From contig CAMZBA010000002.1 of the NCBI GenBank assembly GCA_947304395.1, positions 48,593 to 112,592 of the forward strand: DNA of 64,000 bases, read 5' to 3'. The position numbers and the translations under genes are program-made. This stretch comes from an uncultured Candidatus Saccharibacteria bacterium. Lineage in GTDB: Bacteria > Patescibacteriota > Saccharimonadia > Saccharimonadales > Saccharimonadaceae. This document shows positions 37,003 to 47,758 of this stretch, in pieces (the first letter of the stretch is position 1; each line of letters starts with the position of its first letter). The notes under the pieces are model-generated. The model had not been told where the DNA came from, did no database searches, and saw nothing but the letters and a program-made list of their open reading frames with translations.

Positions 37003-38097
37003 ATGAAGAAACCTATTAGAATATTGCATGTATTACAAAGGATGGAAGCTGGCGGAACCCAAGCACTCTTAATGAACATATATAGAAACATAGATAAATC
37101 ACTAGTGCAATTCGATTTCTTGGTTGAATATCCTAATAGGCAGTTTTATGACGATGAAATAGAAACGCTCGGCGGGAAAATATATTATTCAAACGTAAGA
37201 AAAGATAAAAACATCTTCAAATTTCAAAAACAATTAAAAAACATACTAGCCCAACAGCATTATGACATTATACACGTCCACACTTATAGTATAGGCTATT
37301 TCGTGCTAAAAACAGCGAAAAGATGCCATGTTCCAATCAGAATTGCACACTCGCATAGCAATGGAGTTAAAAAAGATTTTAGAGTATTATCAAAAAAAAT
37401 CCTTCAAAAGCTCTACCCGATATACGCTACAGATTATATGGCCTGCTCAAAAGAAGCAGGTAACTACCTATTTAAAAATAGACAATTTACAGTTATAAAA
37501 AATGCAATTACGCTACGGGAGTATCGAAACTCTAGAAAATATCGAATAGATAAAAGAACGCAATTGGGCATCAATGGCGAATTTGTTGTTGGTAATGTGG
37601 GGAGACTCGAAAAAGAAAAAAACCAACTATTCGTTTTAGATATCTTTGCCGAAATAAAAAAAGTAAAGAAAAAAACAAAGCTACTTATCGTAGGAGATGG
37701 ATCTCTAAAAAAAGAGTTACTCGACAAAGCGGACAGGCTCAATATTGTCGACGACACGATTATTCTGTCAAATAGAAAAGACATACCGAAGCTATTGTCT
37801 ACTATGGACGTATTCATCTTGCCGTCATCTTATGAAGGACTAGGAATTGCCGCCATAGAAGCTCAAGCGGCCGGATTACCCGTTATTCTATCGGACAGAG
37901 TATCAAAAGATGCTATCCTAACAAATAACGTGACTAGCCTTAGCTTAAACGATAGCCCTAGAAAATGGGCCGAAATAGCTTTGAATAGTAAAAGCTCCGA
38001 TATCGACTATCTAAAAAAAATAAAAGAAGCCGGGTACGACGTGGAGTCAAATGCAAAAATTGTCCAAAACTTCTATTTAAATAGGGTAGGTAAATGA
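37003..38097 (+). CDS. glycosyltransferase family 4 (GT-B, GT1 clan)
   Basis: N-terminal ILHVLQRMEAGGTQ and C-terminal SSYEGLGIAAIEAQAAGLPVILSD (the E-x7-E region). Confidence 0.8.
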   Translation: MKKPIRILHVLQRMEAGGTQALLMNIYRNIDKSLVQFDFLVEYPNRQFYDDEIETLGGKIYYSNVRKDKNIFKFQKQLKNILAQQHYDIIHVHTYSIGYFVLKTAKRCHVPIRIAHSHSNGVKKDFRVLSKKILQKLYPIYATDYMACSKEAGNYLFKNRQFTVIKNAITLREYRNSRKYRIDKRTQLGINGEFVVGNVGRLEKEKNQLFVLDIFAEIKKVKKKTKLLIVGDGSLKKELLDKADRLNIVDDTIILSNRKDIPKLLSTMDVFILPSSYEGLGIAAIEAQAAGLPVILSDRVSKDAILTNNVTSLSLNDSPRKWAEIALNSKSSDIDYLKKIKEAGYDVESNAKIVQNFYLNRVGK

Positions 38098-39197
38098 GAG
38101 AAAACAAAAGCGTCGGAGCAGTATTCACTTATATATTCATAGCTTTGCTTACAATAGCTAAGGCTATAGGGCTCTCAGCCGGCAATAAAATATACGTATT
38201 GATATTTTTAATTGGAATGACACTTGGCGTTTTTAAAATATTTAATGAACGTTTTAACCATCGAGAAATTGCCCTAATATCACCAGTAATTATTATTGGC
38301 ATTCTATGCTTCATAATAGGAAAAGAATCAACGTTATTATTTACGGCCTTAGTTATGATTACTTTAAAGAATGCCGACATAAAAAAGTTAGTAAAAATGA
38401 TGCTATGGATAAAAATCATTATTTTCGTCTGCGCATTGCTATTAGTACATCTTGGTCTTATAGAGGATAATACTATAATAGTATGGCGCAACGGAGTTGA
38501 AATTATGCGTCATTCGTTTATATACGGACACCCCAATGCCGCCCACCTAAATCTAACGACAATACTCATTGCGTGGATATATGTCTACTACGAAAAAGTT
38601 AACATACTAAGTGTATCAATTCTAGGCATAATGAATTTTATATTTTATAATTACACTTTATCTAGAACAGGATTTCTAATAGGAATGCTCTGTCTAATAT
38701 TAGCAATACTATACAAAAAGAGCAACGCCATACGAAAAGTATTATTCAACAAGGTGAATTGGGTTTTTATAATTATGTCCGTAATCACTTTTACGACGGC
38801 TTTATTATACGGAAAATGGAACACTCTGTACTATATAGATAAGCTATTCACGGGCAGAATATATTATAATAATTATTTCTTGACCAATATACAAATACCA
38901 CTCATAGGAAAAAACAATTATGGCCATTTACTGATAGATAATGGATATATGTCTCTTGTTTATAACGGCGGGTTACTAGCGTATATATGGTTTATCTTTA
39001 TGAATATAAAGACAGGCGAACTTCTAAAAAAAGAAAAATGCGAAAAGGAGGCGCTATTAATGATAGTGTTTTGCATATATTCTTTAACTGAAAGTTTTTA
39101 TATGAATATTATAATAAATATTAGCCTGTTATTTTTCTCTTGGTTTATATTTAACCAAAGTCAAACAACGAAGAAGAAAAGAACAATATGCAAATAG
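38094..39197 (+). CDS. polytopic membrane protein, O-antigen/EPS polymerase (Wzy)-like
   Basis: About 10 TM helices, no soluble domain. Sits between GT genes and overlaps both neighbours. Confidence 0.55.
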   Translation: MRENKSVGAVFTYIFIALLTIAKAIGLSAGNKIYVLIFLIGMTLGVFKIFNERFNHREIALISPVIIIGILCFIIGKESTLLFTALVMITLKNADIKKLVKMMLWIKIIIFVCALLLVHLGLIEDNTIIVWRNGVEIMRHSFIYGHPNAAHLNLTTILIAWIYVYYEKVNILSVSILGIMNFIFYNYTLSRTGFLIGMLCLILAILYKKSNAIRKVLFNKVNWVFIIMSVITFTTALLYGKWNTLYYIDKLFTGRIYYNNYFLTNIQIPLIGKNNYGHLLIDNGYMSLVYNGGLLAYIWFIFMNIKTGELLKKEKCEKEALLMIVFCIYSLTESFYMNIIINISLLFFSWFIFNQSQTTKKKRTICK

Positions 39198-40060
39198 CCA
39201 TTTTAACACCCACTTTTAATAGAGCAGAGACGCTTTCAAGATTATATTCGTCGCTAGTATCTCAAACTTGTCATAACTACGTATGGTATGTAATCGACGA
39301 TGGATCTTCTGATAATACAGCCGAACTAATTGGTGACTTAATAAGAATAAATAAAATAAAAATAAAGTATTACCGTAAGAAAAATGGTGGCAAACATAGT
39401 GCGCTAAATTACGGCGCCAAAAAGGTATCTGAAGAACTAATATTTATAGTCGATAGCGACGACTGGCTCATGCCTAACGCCGTCGAAACGATTTTGAAGC
39501 TATATAATAAATATAAAGAAGACGAGAAAATAGCAGTACTTTGTTTCCATAGAGCATACCCGAACGGCAAGCTAAGCGGGCCGCATTATAAGAAAAAAGA
39601 ATTCACGGACAACCATATTAGATATCGTATAAACCACCACATCAAGGGCGAAAACGCCGAAGTAGTAAAAACGAAATACTTCAAGGAGTTCCCTTTTCCC
39701 GAAATAACTGGAGAAAAGTTCCTAGGAGAAGGATATCTATGGATAAACTTAGCAATGAAATACGACACAGTTTACGTAGATGAGCCGATTTGTATATTCG
39801 ACTATCTAGAGGATGGCCTCACAAATAACCTGGCTAAGCTTCGCTATAATAATCCAAAGGGCGTAGTTTTAAATCAAAAAATATGTTTTGACAAAAGGTT
39901 TGCCTTAATCCCAAGAATAAAAGCAATGATTAGATATATAGCATACGGGAAAATTGCCAAATATGGCACAAGATACCTGTTTCGAGAAGCCAAATGTAAG
40001 GTTCTATTTATAATATTATATCCGCTAGGAAGACTTTATTATTATATGGTAAAAGTATGA
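39188..40060 (+). CDS. glycosyltransferase family 2
   Basis: IAILTPTFNRAETL, VIDDGSSDNT and VDSDDW motifs. Confidence 0.8.
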   Translation: MQIAILTPTFNRAETLSRLYSSLVSQTCHNYVWYVIDDGSSDNTAELIGDLIRINKIKIKYYRKKNGGKHSALNYGAKKVSEELIFIVDSDDWLMPNAVETILKLYNKYKEDEKIAVLCFHRAYPNGKLSGPHYKKKEFTDNHIRYRINHHIKGENAEVVKTKYFKEFPFPEITGEKFLGEGYLWINLAMKYDTVYVDEPICIFDYLEDGLTNNLAKLRYNNPKGVVLNQKICFDKRFALIPRIKAMIRYIAYGKIAKYGTRYLFREAKCKVLFIILYPLGRLYYYMVKV

Positions 40061-41559
40061 AAATCAAAAAGAATACAACGATAATAAATATCATAGCTAG
40101 CATATTACTTCAATTAATAACAATCATATACGGTTTCTTGATACCTAAAATTATAATTTCTTATTTTGGCTCCGAAGTAAATGGCTTGGTTTCATCCATA
40201 TCGCAATTGCTAAGCTATATTGCACTTATCGAGGGGGGAATAACCGCCATTGTAATAGCGAGATTATATAATCCGCTCACAAATAATAATACAAAAGAAA
40301 TTAGCTCTATTATCGCCACTGGATCAAAGTTCTTTCATAGAATTGGCTTACTGTTTGCGGCGTACTCAATAATATTGGCCGCCATATCCCCGTTATTATA
40401 CTCAAATTACGGTTTCTCAAGCCAGTACACATTCACCTTAACACTAATACTCTCAATTGGTTCGCTGACACAGTATACAACATCACTATCGCTAAAATGC
40501 CTACTTCAAGCCGACAAGAAAATGTACTACATATCAATTACTCAAATATTAATCATAGTATTAAACATAGTCTTCGCTGTTCTTAGTATAAAGATTTACC
40601 CAAGTATTCATCTATTTAAGTTTTTAACGGGCATAACATACCTTGTTCAGCCAATAATGTACAAATCATACGCGGCAAAGAGATACAGGTTGGATAAAAA
40701 ATCAAAGACAGATTCAAAACTATTGAAAGAGCGCTGGAATGGCTTTGCAAATAATCTTGCTTATTTCATACATTCTAGCACTGATATAACAATTTTAACC
40801 TTCGCGTCCAACCTAGTAACCGTATCCGTATATGGAGTATACGCCCTAGTTACTTCAGGTCTAAAATCCATTATTGGCGCCATAAACACTGGCTCTTTTG
40901 CGTCAATCGGCCACTTGTATGCTCAAAAGAATATAAAGAGACTCCAAGAGAAATTTGATATTTATGAGTTTATATATCTATTGATTCTATTTATCAGTTT
41001 TACGGTTGCGGCATTACTAATTACGCCATTCGTGTTTTTATATATTGGCAACAATGATATTAATAGTCCGTATACTCAATACTTATTTGGCTATCTAATA
41101 GTTATCGCAGCCGTATTAGATCTCGCAAAAGTGCCACACGTAAATCTCGCATATGCAGCAAACAAGTTCAAAGAACTAACAATACCTTGCTTCATAGAGG
41201 CGATCATCAATATAACCGTTTCGATCATACTAGTTATTAAACTAGGGTTAGTCGGCGTTGCAATTGGCACCATATGCGCAATGACATATCGAATTATTTA
41301 TCAAATACACTTTACCTCAATATTAACAGGTCGAGCAGAAAAAAAGTTTTATAAAGTATTTATCGCATTCTCATGTATAGCTTCTGTTGCGGCTTATCTG
41401 TGTACCTTATTGTATCCAATTAACACCAATAATCTAACCGTCTACGGCTGGATAATGCATGCTATCGTGTATTGCATAATTGTGTCAACTACTTTAATTA
41501 CGGCTTCCTTGGCACTATTTAGAGAACAAGTATTAAAGATAATAAAAGGGAAAGAATAA
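40057..41559 (+). CDS. polysaccharide flippase (Wzx/MOP superfamily)
   Basis: 500 aa with about 12-14 TM helices, in a glycan-locus context. Confidence 0.65.
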   Translation: MKIKKNTTIINIIASILLQLITIIYGFLIPKIIISYFGSEVNGLVSSISQLLSYIALIEGGITAIVIARLYNPLTNNNTKEISSIIATGSKFFHRIGLLFAAYSIILAAISPLLYSNYGFSSQYTFTLTLILSIGSLTQYTTSLSLKCLLQADKKMYYISITQILIIVLNIVFAVLSIKIYPSIHLFKFLTGITYLVQPIMYKSYAAKRYRLDKKSKTDSKLLKERWNGFANNLAYFIHSSTDITILTFASNLVTVSVYGVYALVTSGLKSIIGAINTGSFASIGHLYAQKNIKRLQEKFDIYEFIYLLILFISFTVAALLITPFVFLYIGNNDINSPYTQYLFGYLIVIAAVLDLAKVPHVNLAYAANKFKELTIPCFIEAIINITVSIILVIKLGLVGVAIGTICAMTYRIIYQIHFTSILTGRAEKKFYKVFIAFSCIASVAAYLCTLLYPINTNNLTVYGWIMHAIVYCIIVSTTLITASLALFREQVLKIIKGKE

Positions 41560-41560
41560 C

Positions 41561-42226
41561 ATGAAAAATCTATTAAGAGCAATTAATAGCTGGATAATAT
41601 ACTTGCGCTTGAAAATAAGACTCATAAAAAAACAAGGAATTATTAAGTCCACAAAGGTAGCTAAGAATGTCGAGGTAGGCAAAAAAGTCAGAATTGGGAA
41701 ACATATAATAATTCAGCCAGATGTTTCCATTGGCGACTACAGCTACTTCAATACGCAATTCGGGCAAAGTTATATTGAATCCGGTGTTCAAATCGGCAAA
41801 TATTGCTCTATAGCCCCTAATGTCTGCATAGCCTTAGGTAACCATAATACAAGCTACGTCACCACATCTCCCATTCTTTATGATAAAAAAAGAGGATTTA
41901 TAAGAAAAAGAATCGAAAATGTTATAAATACTGAAAAAACTATTATTGGCAACGACGTTTGGATAGGCGCTAACGCCAACATCAAAAAAGGAGTAAAAGT
42001 GGGAAACGGCGCCGTTATCGCTATGAACTCAGTAGTCACTAAAAATGTCCCAGACTACGCAATTGTTGCAGGGAACCCTGCTAGGATTATACGATATCGC
42101 TTCAGTGCCGAAGTAATTAAAGACCTCCTTCTTACGGAATGGTGGAATTGGCCAGAGGAAAAGATTCGAAATAATATTAATTACTTTTACGACATAGATG
42201 CATTCCTTAAAAATAACCGAAAATAG
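41561..42226 (+). CDS. hexapeptide-repeat O-acetyltransferase (CatB/Vat-related)
   Basis: Left-handed beta-helix repeats ([31 protein letters not shown]), [10 protein letters not shown] and the C-terminal LTEWWNW motif. Confidence 0.8.
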   Translation: MKNLLRAINSWIIYLRLKIRLIKKQGIIKSTKVAKNVEVGKKVRIGKHIIIQPDVSIGDYSYFNTQFGQSYIESGVQIGKYCSIAPNVCIALGNHNTSYVTTSPILYDKKRGFIRKRIENVINTEKTIIGNDVWIGANANIKKGVKVGNGAVIAMNSVVTKNVPDYAIVAGNPARIIRYRFSAEVIKDLLLTEWWNWPEEKIRNNINYFYDIDAFLKNNRK

Positions 42227-42753
42227 TATTTATATAATACGCAAGCAATATTAAAAAGCACACTATCACTAATCAGCGCTAAATATTATTGGCGGCAATA
42301 CCGACTATCTTGCCAATACTTTTATTAAGACCGGTTTTGATAAGCTCCTGCCGCAAATTCTTCAACAAAAAGTCTGGGTCGGTAGCTCCGCTGGCTCTTG
42401 CGTTTTATGCCGCAAAGAGCCTGATTGGGCCCAAAAGACTATTTACCAAGAAGATCACCAAGCCGATCGCTTCATGAATATTGTGCCAATCGTTTTCCTT
42501 CCGCATCTACATGGCTTCTATAAATTCGATAGAGCAGAGGTAGCCAAAGCTTCTAAACTCACCGACCTGCCAGTCTACGCCATGTCGGACAAATCCGCCC
42601 TCAAAGTCGAAGACATTAATCATCCAGTGCTAATTGGCGAAGATTATCTAGTCACTCAAAACGGAACAATTTAACCACACAATAAACATCCACCGGCCTA
42701 GTCGGAGTGTTTTGATATAAACTCTTCATTCTTCTCATAAAACCGGGGGCAAA

Positions 42754-43291
42754 ATGCCTTTTTGTTCAATGCACCAGTTTTTAAAAAAATGGCGCATATT
42801 TGACAAGTCGTTTTATTTATTCCGTGGTCTCGATAGTAACGTTCACGGACACCTTAATGTTATTCGTCGCGCAAAAGAGCAATGCGATTTTCTGATTGTT
42901 GGCATCTCTACTGACGAGCTGGTCCAAAAAACGAAGAATAAAACTCCAGTAATTCCATTTGAGGATCGCTGCAAAAATATTACTGCATTAAAATATGTAG
43001 ATAAAGTTGTTCCGCAAGAAAATAAAGATAAGATTGCAGCTTTTTATAAATATAAATTTGACGCCATGTTTGTAGGGGACGGCTGGAAAGGCTCAGAATT
43101 ATTTAGCAAATGCGAAGCAGAGCTTAAAAAAATATGGCGCCGATGTTGCGTATTTTCCATACGCAAAAAAGGTTTCGTCAACAAAACTTCGTCAATATTT
43201 AAAATACGGTAAGCGTCCAGTAGATATCAACGACGTTTCAATAACTACTGCTGATATCCCAAAAGAATTCCGAGCAGACGAAATTAAATAA
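42754..43291 (+). pseudogene. glycerol-3-phosphate cytidylyltransferase (TagD-like) pseudogene
   Basis: Core similarity to the intact copy at 63322 (LIVGISTDELV...VIPFEDRC...KYVDKVVPQ...FVGDGWKG). The N-terminal GxFDxxHxGH motif is degraded. A +1 frameshift near 43125 (A-run) separates the rest from the expected KYGADVAYFPYAKKVSSTKLRQYL. Confidence 0.65.
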
Positions 43292-43341
43292 AACGAAAAG
43301 CTCAAATAAACTATCATCGCGATAATACCACAGCTACAATA

Positions 43342-43617
43342 AAAGCCGCCGAAAACGCTAAATCCGAAGAATCATTAGTAATTACCAGCACGGAAGGCTA
43401 CATCTATGTTCCAGCGCCATGGTGAAAGATGGACTACTTCGAGATTCGTTACGAAAATCAAGAAAATAACAAACGCTATTTCTATCAGCTTGACGGTGAA
43501 GGTATTCGCTATGAATTAGTAGCATTCGCCAGAGCCTCTCAGGACAGCAAAACTAATTATAGCTACGTCACCGAAGAAGAATCCATCGCCATCCGCAAAG
43601 TAATGGAAGACTTATAA
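43342..43617 (+). pseudogene. C-terminal fragment of an oxidoreductase-like gene with an in-frame TGA
   Basis: The frame reads ...TSTEGYIYVPAPW*KMDYFEIRYENQENNKRYFYQLDGEGIRYELVAF.... There is no N-terminal part, and the TGA lies at 43423-43425. The family assignment (Gfo/Idh/MocA-like) is tentative. Confidence 0.35.
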
Positions 43618-43712
43618 ATTGCTAAAATATAAACATTATTTCCGTTTACATATTATCTAGCTCAAACTTTTATCATCCTCCAAACATTTTAAGGCTAATA
43701 AAAAAACACTGT

Positions 43713-45371
43713 TTAAAAGTATTCACCAATGAAAGATGCAAATTTTCTATAAAAATCATCCATATCGTCAATTCCTGAATAAAACCCAACTCTCTCCGCA
43801 AAAGTATCCGCATCACTTCCATGAATATCGTCCCCTGACAAAATATATTTATATCTACCAGATGGAGCCCACACTCGTTCATTTATTTTATTATATCCCC
43901 TTGTAGCAAAGAAAATGGCAATCAACAGCTCGGCTGAAATAAATTTATCTTCATAAGAGTCTGCCAAAAACAGCACATCGTCCAATATTGGCTGTAGTTT
44001 TTTGAATACGTATTCATTTAATGGATATCTATAATTCTTATCTGGAAAAAATACACCGAATTCTCCGTAATGCTTAATTACTAGATTTACAACACTGTCA
44101 ATAATCGCATTTCTACCACCACTATACTTCTGCTTAAAGCTCAACTTAAATACTGATTCTATCAAATCATAATTCATCGATTCCATAGCGCATATAATAA
44201 TTGCTAAATACAACACATAAATTACAAAAGCATTTCCATACTTGTTTACCCCCTGAGATTCCAAGCATGGATGTATATTAGATATTATCTTTAAAATTAT
44301 TTTTTTATGATTATCGACGTAATAAAAAGACAAAAGAGAAGCTATGGTAATTAGCCCTTCTGCATATTTAAAATAGCTATCAATATATTCACGAAACCCG
44401 TCTTTCGTGCTGGGAAAGGCCAAATCTTTAGTATTGTTAATAAATAGAACTAGCTGTTCGTTGACGAACCTATCGAGCGCAATGAATTTGTTTCTATCTG
44501 AAATACAAGACGATACCTCTTGTATCAGGGAACATCTGTCAGACAATAATACCTTTGGCGCTTCAAACCTTTCAACCATTATGTCATTACTTACGTCACC
44601 ATCATCATCCCTAAGCGAATCTAAATTCATAATAAGATCCCCTTCGCCTTCCATAGTCCCACCATTAGGCGTTTGTCTTGATGCGGGATCGTTCCCCACA
44701 GCAGATACCATATAATTAATGACAGACGAAGCACTAATAACACCGTTGCCAGTAATGGCTTCTCCCTTCAGAGCTTTTATTAAATATTCTGTAAATATAG
44801 AATGATTAGTCCTTGGCGAACCATCAGAGACAGACTGTTCGCTTCGGCCAGCGGTTAAAACCTGAATAGCCCTTCTCGATATTAAGTCTCTAAGAAATCT
44901 GCTTGAAATGCCTCTATTACCGCGGAGTAGGGCTAAACCTCCATAGCAACAATCCATAATAAAGAAAATATGTTTAGCTGGGATTAACCTCGCCGTCTCA
45001 ACTAATTCGTTAAATCTTACTAAAGAATTAATATTAGATTCTGTACCATCATATGGGACAATAAAGCCGACATCCATTGAGTTAAAAGATCTTGTTACTC
45101 CATGCCCTGCAAAGAACACAACAAGCGAATCGTTCTTTCCAGTATTATCAATAAAACCACAGAGCGCATCCTTAATTTTCGCAGATGTAGCGAAGTTATT
45201 TGTTAGTAAACGAATATTCTCCTTCCTATATCCCAAATCTTTAATTAGAACATTCTTAAGCTCTTTTGCGTCGTTTACGGCATTAGATAATTCGTTTGGA
45301 TGATATTTATATTTATCTATGCCAATTATTAGAGCATGCCTCTCTTCATATTTGTCGCTATAGTAGTCCAT
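43713..45371 (-). CDS. caspase-like (peptidase C14) protease with about 300-aa uncharacterised C-terminal domain
   Basis: HALIIGIDKY, VVFFAGHGV (catalytic His) and FFIMDCCYGG (catalytic Cys) occur at the expected spacing. The C-terminal half has no recognisable motif. Confidence 0.75.
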   Translation of the reverse strand: MDYYSDKYEERHALIIGIDKYKYHPNELSNAVNDAKELKNVLIKDLGYRKENIRLLTNNFATSAKIKDALCGFIDNTGKNDSLVVFFAGHGVTRSFNSMDVGFIVPYDGTESNINSLVRFNELVETARLIPAKHIFFIMDCCYGGLALLRGNRGISSRFLRDLISRRAIQVLTAGRSEQSVSDGSPRTNHSIFTEYLIKALKGEAITGNGVISASSVINYMVSAVGNDPASRQTPNGGTMEGEGDLIMNLDSLRDDDGDVSNDIMVERFEAPKVLLSDRCSLIQEVSSCISDRNKFIALDRFVNEQLVLFINNTKDLAFPSTKDGFREYIDSYFKYAEGLITIASLLSFYYVDNHKKIILKIISNIHPCLESQGVNKYGNAFVIYVLYLAIIICAMESMNYDLIESVFKLSFKQKYSGGRNAIIDSVVNLVIKHYGEFGVFFPDKNYRYPLNEYVFKKLQPILDDVLFLADSYEDKFISAELLIAIFFATRGYNKINERVWAPSGRYKYILSGDDIHGSDADTFAERVGFYSGIDDMDDFYRKFASFIGEYF

Positions 45372-45439
45372 ACATTAATGATATCAGATAATAAACACCC
45401 CCCTTAAGCTGCCTAATTCTTCTATGCTAACTAAAAAGC

Positions 45440-45793
45440 TACAACCATCACACCGTCAGCATACATCAGGACGCGCCCCGCAAAAGTCAAAGAGGACTTT
45501 ATTTTTGTTCGAGAAATGCAAAGCCGTCATTGGCGCCATTAACTATGTAGACGAAGTTATCGAATCCGAGCGCGAAGACAGCGACGTCTGGGCTCATCAT
45601 AAGTACAACATGCTATTTTGTCAATTCCGATCATAAAGGCACCGAACACTTTAATCACTACGAAGAATACTTCGCCAATAAAGGCGTCGAAATAGTCTAC
45701 TTCCCATATACTCAGGGCACTAGTAGTACCAAACTTCGCAAAGCGCTAAGCGCTATCGCTGAAGCAGCAGAGAAGAACAAAAACTCAAATTAG
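45440..45793 (+). pseudogene. second TagD-like cytidylyltransferase remnant (5'-truncated, frameshifted)
   Basis: ...KAVIGAINYVDEVIES... is followed, after a frameshift near 45612, by YFVNSDHKGTEHFNHYEEYFANKGVEIVYFPYTQGTSSTKLRKALSAI. This matches the C-terminus of the 63322 copy. Confidence 0.6.
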
Positions 45794-46197
45794 TGTTTTT
45801 CACAAAATAGCTCTTTGCGACTATCAAAATTATACTTCTCACCCACAATATCCATTAAGCACTTTTCAATATCTCCGTTGCCACGATAAGGCTCTTCCAT
45901 CCCTTCTATAGGCATACATATACACGGAAAAGCAATCCATTCACCAGTTTTTTGATTAATAGCGCACAAGAATTGAATTCCATAAGGGTCACATCCGCAT
46001 TGTTCTGCAATATATTCATATTCTCGAGAACGTTCATCGTCGACATGGTCCGTATCTACGCGAACAGTCAGCGATAATTGCCTCCAGTCAGAAAATGCAT
46101 AGTCGCACTCTATATGTGCATGGCATTCATTTTTATAGGGCTTGTATAACGGTTCTATTTTTGCGATATCCTCAATGGTTTTAGGGCTCATGTCCAA
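45790..46197 (-). CDS. hypothetical Cys/His-rich protein (135 aa)
   Basis: Clean ORF. Its stop overlaps the tagD remnant stop. No recognisable domain. Confidence 0.5.
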   Translation of the reverse strand: MDMSPKTIEDIAKIEPLYKPYKNECHAHIECDYAFSDWRQLSLTVRVDTDHVDDERSREYEYIAEQCGCDPYGIQFLCAINQKTGEWIAFPCICMPIEGMEEPYRGNGDIEKCLMDIVGEKYNFDSRKELFCEKH

Positions 46198-46644
46198 AGT
46201 TCCTTTCTATCTTAAATATTATTCTCCCCCATACAGATTATTACCCCTTGGGGTCTAATAAAAGAAAAAATTGATGCGATTTTAGATAATAATTATAATA
46301 ACAATAGATTAATGATAAAGCCATAATAATAGTAGAGCTAGATAGTCCAGTTCATTTTCACAAAGAAACACTCGGACTCCAGCTTCCCATTACAGTAAAC
46401 GGAAAAGAGTGTTATAAATACCTTCGATGTGGAATGTTACACTGCGGCGGAACAAAAAAGATACTCTCTTAGTTGCGATAGTAAGAACGCCATCCATCTA
46501 GGTAATGCGATAACAATAAGAGTTATTTCGACTAATTGATTATGGAAAAACTAGCTGAATCAAAAAAATGAGGCCTCGGCTCCGCTATCCAGCAGTGATG
46601 TACCTCATAAAACTATGATATATCAATGCAATACTATAGTCAAT

Positions 46645-47028
46645 TTACTTTATTTCTTTTATCTTGTCGTCATTAACTATAACAAGCATTTTTCGCACCC
46701 TCTTTCCGAATAAATTAACCTGTCTCTCAACTTCTTTTAGACATTTACTCTCATTAACATGCATACGTCTTAAATCGATTATTATATTATCCGACTGACG
46801 CAAGGCATTTCTAATGTTATTTTCTATCGTACGACTACTATTGCCAGTCGGTGATTTAATTTCCCATTTCTCGCCTAAATAATAAATATCAGGAGTTCTA
46901 TAACTCGCCTCTTCAAGAAATCGTACGTCGCCTTTAGTGATTAGAACTATTGCCGCCATCATCTCATGATCATGAATAAGTCTCTTCCTTGGACATATTA
47001 TTCTATACTTTCTACTCATATAGTTCAT
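46645..47028 (-). CDS. PD-(D/E)xK nuclease-fold protein (toxin-domain-like)
   Basis: TPDIYYLGEKWEIKSP matches a D...ExK core, followed by QSDNIIIDL. Start re-called to ATG 47028 (MNYMSRKY...) because the longer track ORF overlaps the opposing gene. Confidence 0.45.
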   Translation of the reverse strand: MNYMSRKYRIICPRKRLIHDHEMMAAIVLITKGDVRFLEEASYRTPDIYYLGEKWEIKSPTGNSSRTIENNIRNALRQSDNIIIDLRRMHVNESKCLKEVERQVNLFGKRVRKMLVIVNDDKIKEIK

Positions 47029-47131
47029 ATTAACCGTGCAACGGGTGGCAACAAAAACGTAAGTTCGATTAATTAATAGATTACTTCGACTAGGAGCACT
47101 CCCAAATCTAGATAGTCCGTCATGTATATTT

Positions 47132-47506
47132 ATGACCGGTTTACCGGGAGCAGGAAAAACAGAATTCACAAAAACTATCATCGCCGAGTCTCAAATTAAA
47201 GTTGTTCGTATCGATATGGACGAAATTGCCGAGCAAATTGAATCATATACACCACAAGACGCTGACAAGTTTAGGCTCGGTGCATCAATACTACAAACAG
47301 AAATTTTTAAAAAATGCAGATCAAAGTATTATCCATTTATTATGGACGGGACTATGTCACACAACATAACCTTAAATTGCATATTATCTTGCATAAGAAA
47401 AGGCTATCACGTTAAAGTAACTTACATTAAACAACATCCCCAATTGGCTTGGCAATTCACTAAAGCACGAGAAAAATCGATAATAAATAGTAAAAACATG
47501 CGATAA
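47132..47506 (+). CDS. short P-loop kinase, zeta-toxin/AAA_33-like (possibly truncated)
   Basis: MTGLPGAGKT Walker A sits at the very N-terminus, with FIMDGT (Walker B-like). At 124 aa it is about half the usual length. The frame is open upstream to 47063 without a start codon. Confidence 0.45.
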   Translation: MTGLPGAGKTEFTKTIIAESQIKVVRIDMDEIAEQIESYTPQDADKFRLGASILQTEIFKKCRSKYYPFIMDGTMSHNITLNCILSCIRKGYHVKVTYIKQHPQLAWQFTKAREKSIINSKNMR

Positions 47507-47596
47507 TTCAAAAACATTATGCTCAAGCTTTTTGTTTCATATGAACTTTAATATCCTTAATTAGTATATAATTACAGTATGAGAAAGGAGAGAAAT

Positions 47597-47758
47597 ATGG
47601 ATAATACTGCCGTACTCGAACCTACTTTTATTAACCTTGACGATAAAAGGCAAAAGAAAGACAAAAAGACAATCGATCAAAAGAAACTCAATAAAATAAT
47701 CGACAGCATTAAAGATTCACTTCCGGACAGCGACCATGGCGAATCTCATCTACAATAA
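47597..47758 (+). CDS. small basic protein (53 aa), antitoxin-like position
   Basis: AAAGGAG SD 7 nt before ATG 47597. Overlaps the PIN-like gene by 23 nt. Below the track cut-off. Confidence 0.4.
   Translation: MDNTAVLEPTFINLDDKRQKKDKKTIDQKKLNKIIDSIKDSLPDSDHGESHLQ

Noticed and set aside
43423-43425. In-frame TGA at a Trp-expected position, as evidence of TGA recoding (code 4 or 25)
   Set aside because: TGA clearly terminates intact genes in this window (e.g. 8075-8077, 9990-9992, 24041-24043). The fragment lacks its 5' half, so a simple TGG to TGA decay mutation is the economical reading.
46200-46640. 440-bp non-coding, AT-rich gap as a possible ncRNA locus
   Set aside because: It shows only weak local hairpins (accccttggggt, and atgagg...cctcat before a T-run that may terminate 46645..47028). 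No recognisable RNA family signature is present, so the evidence is insufficient.
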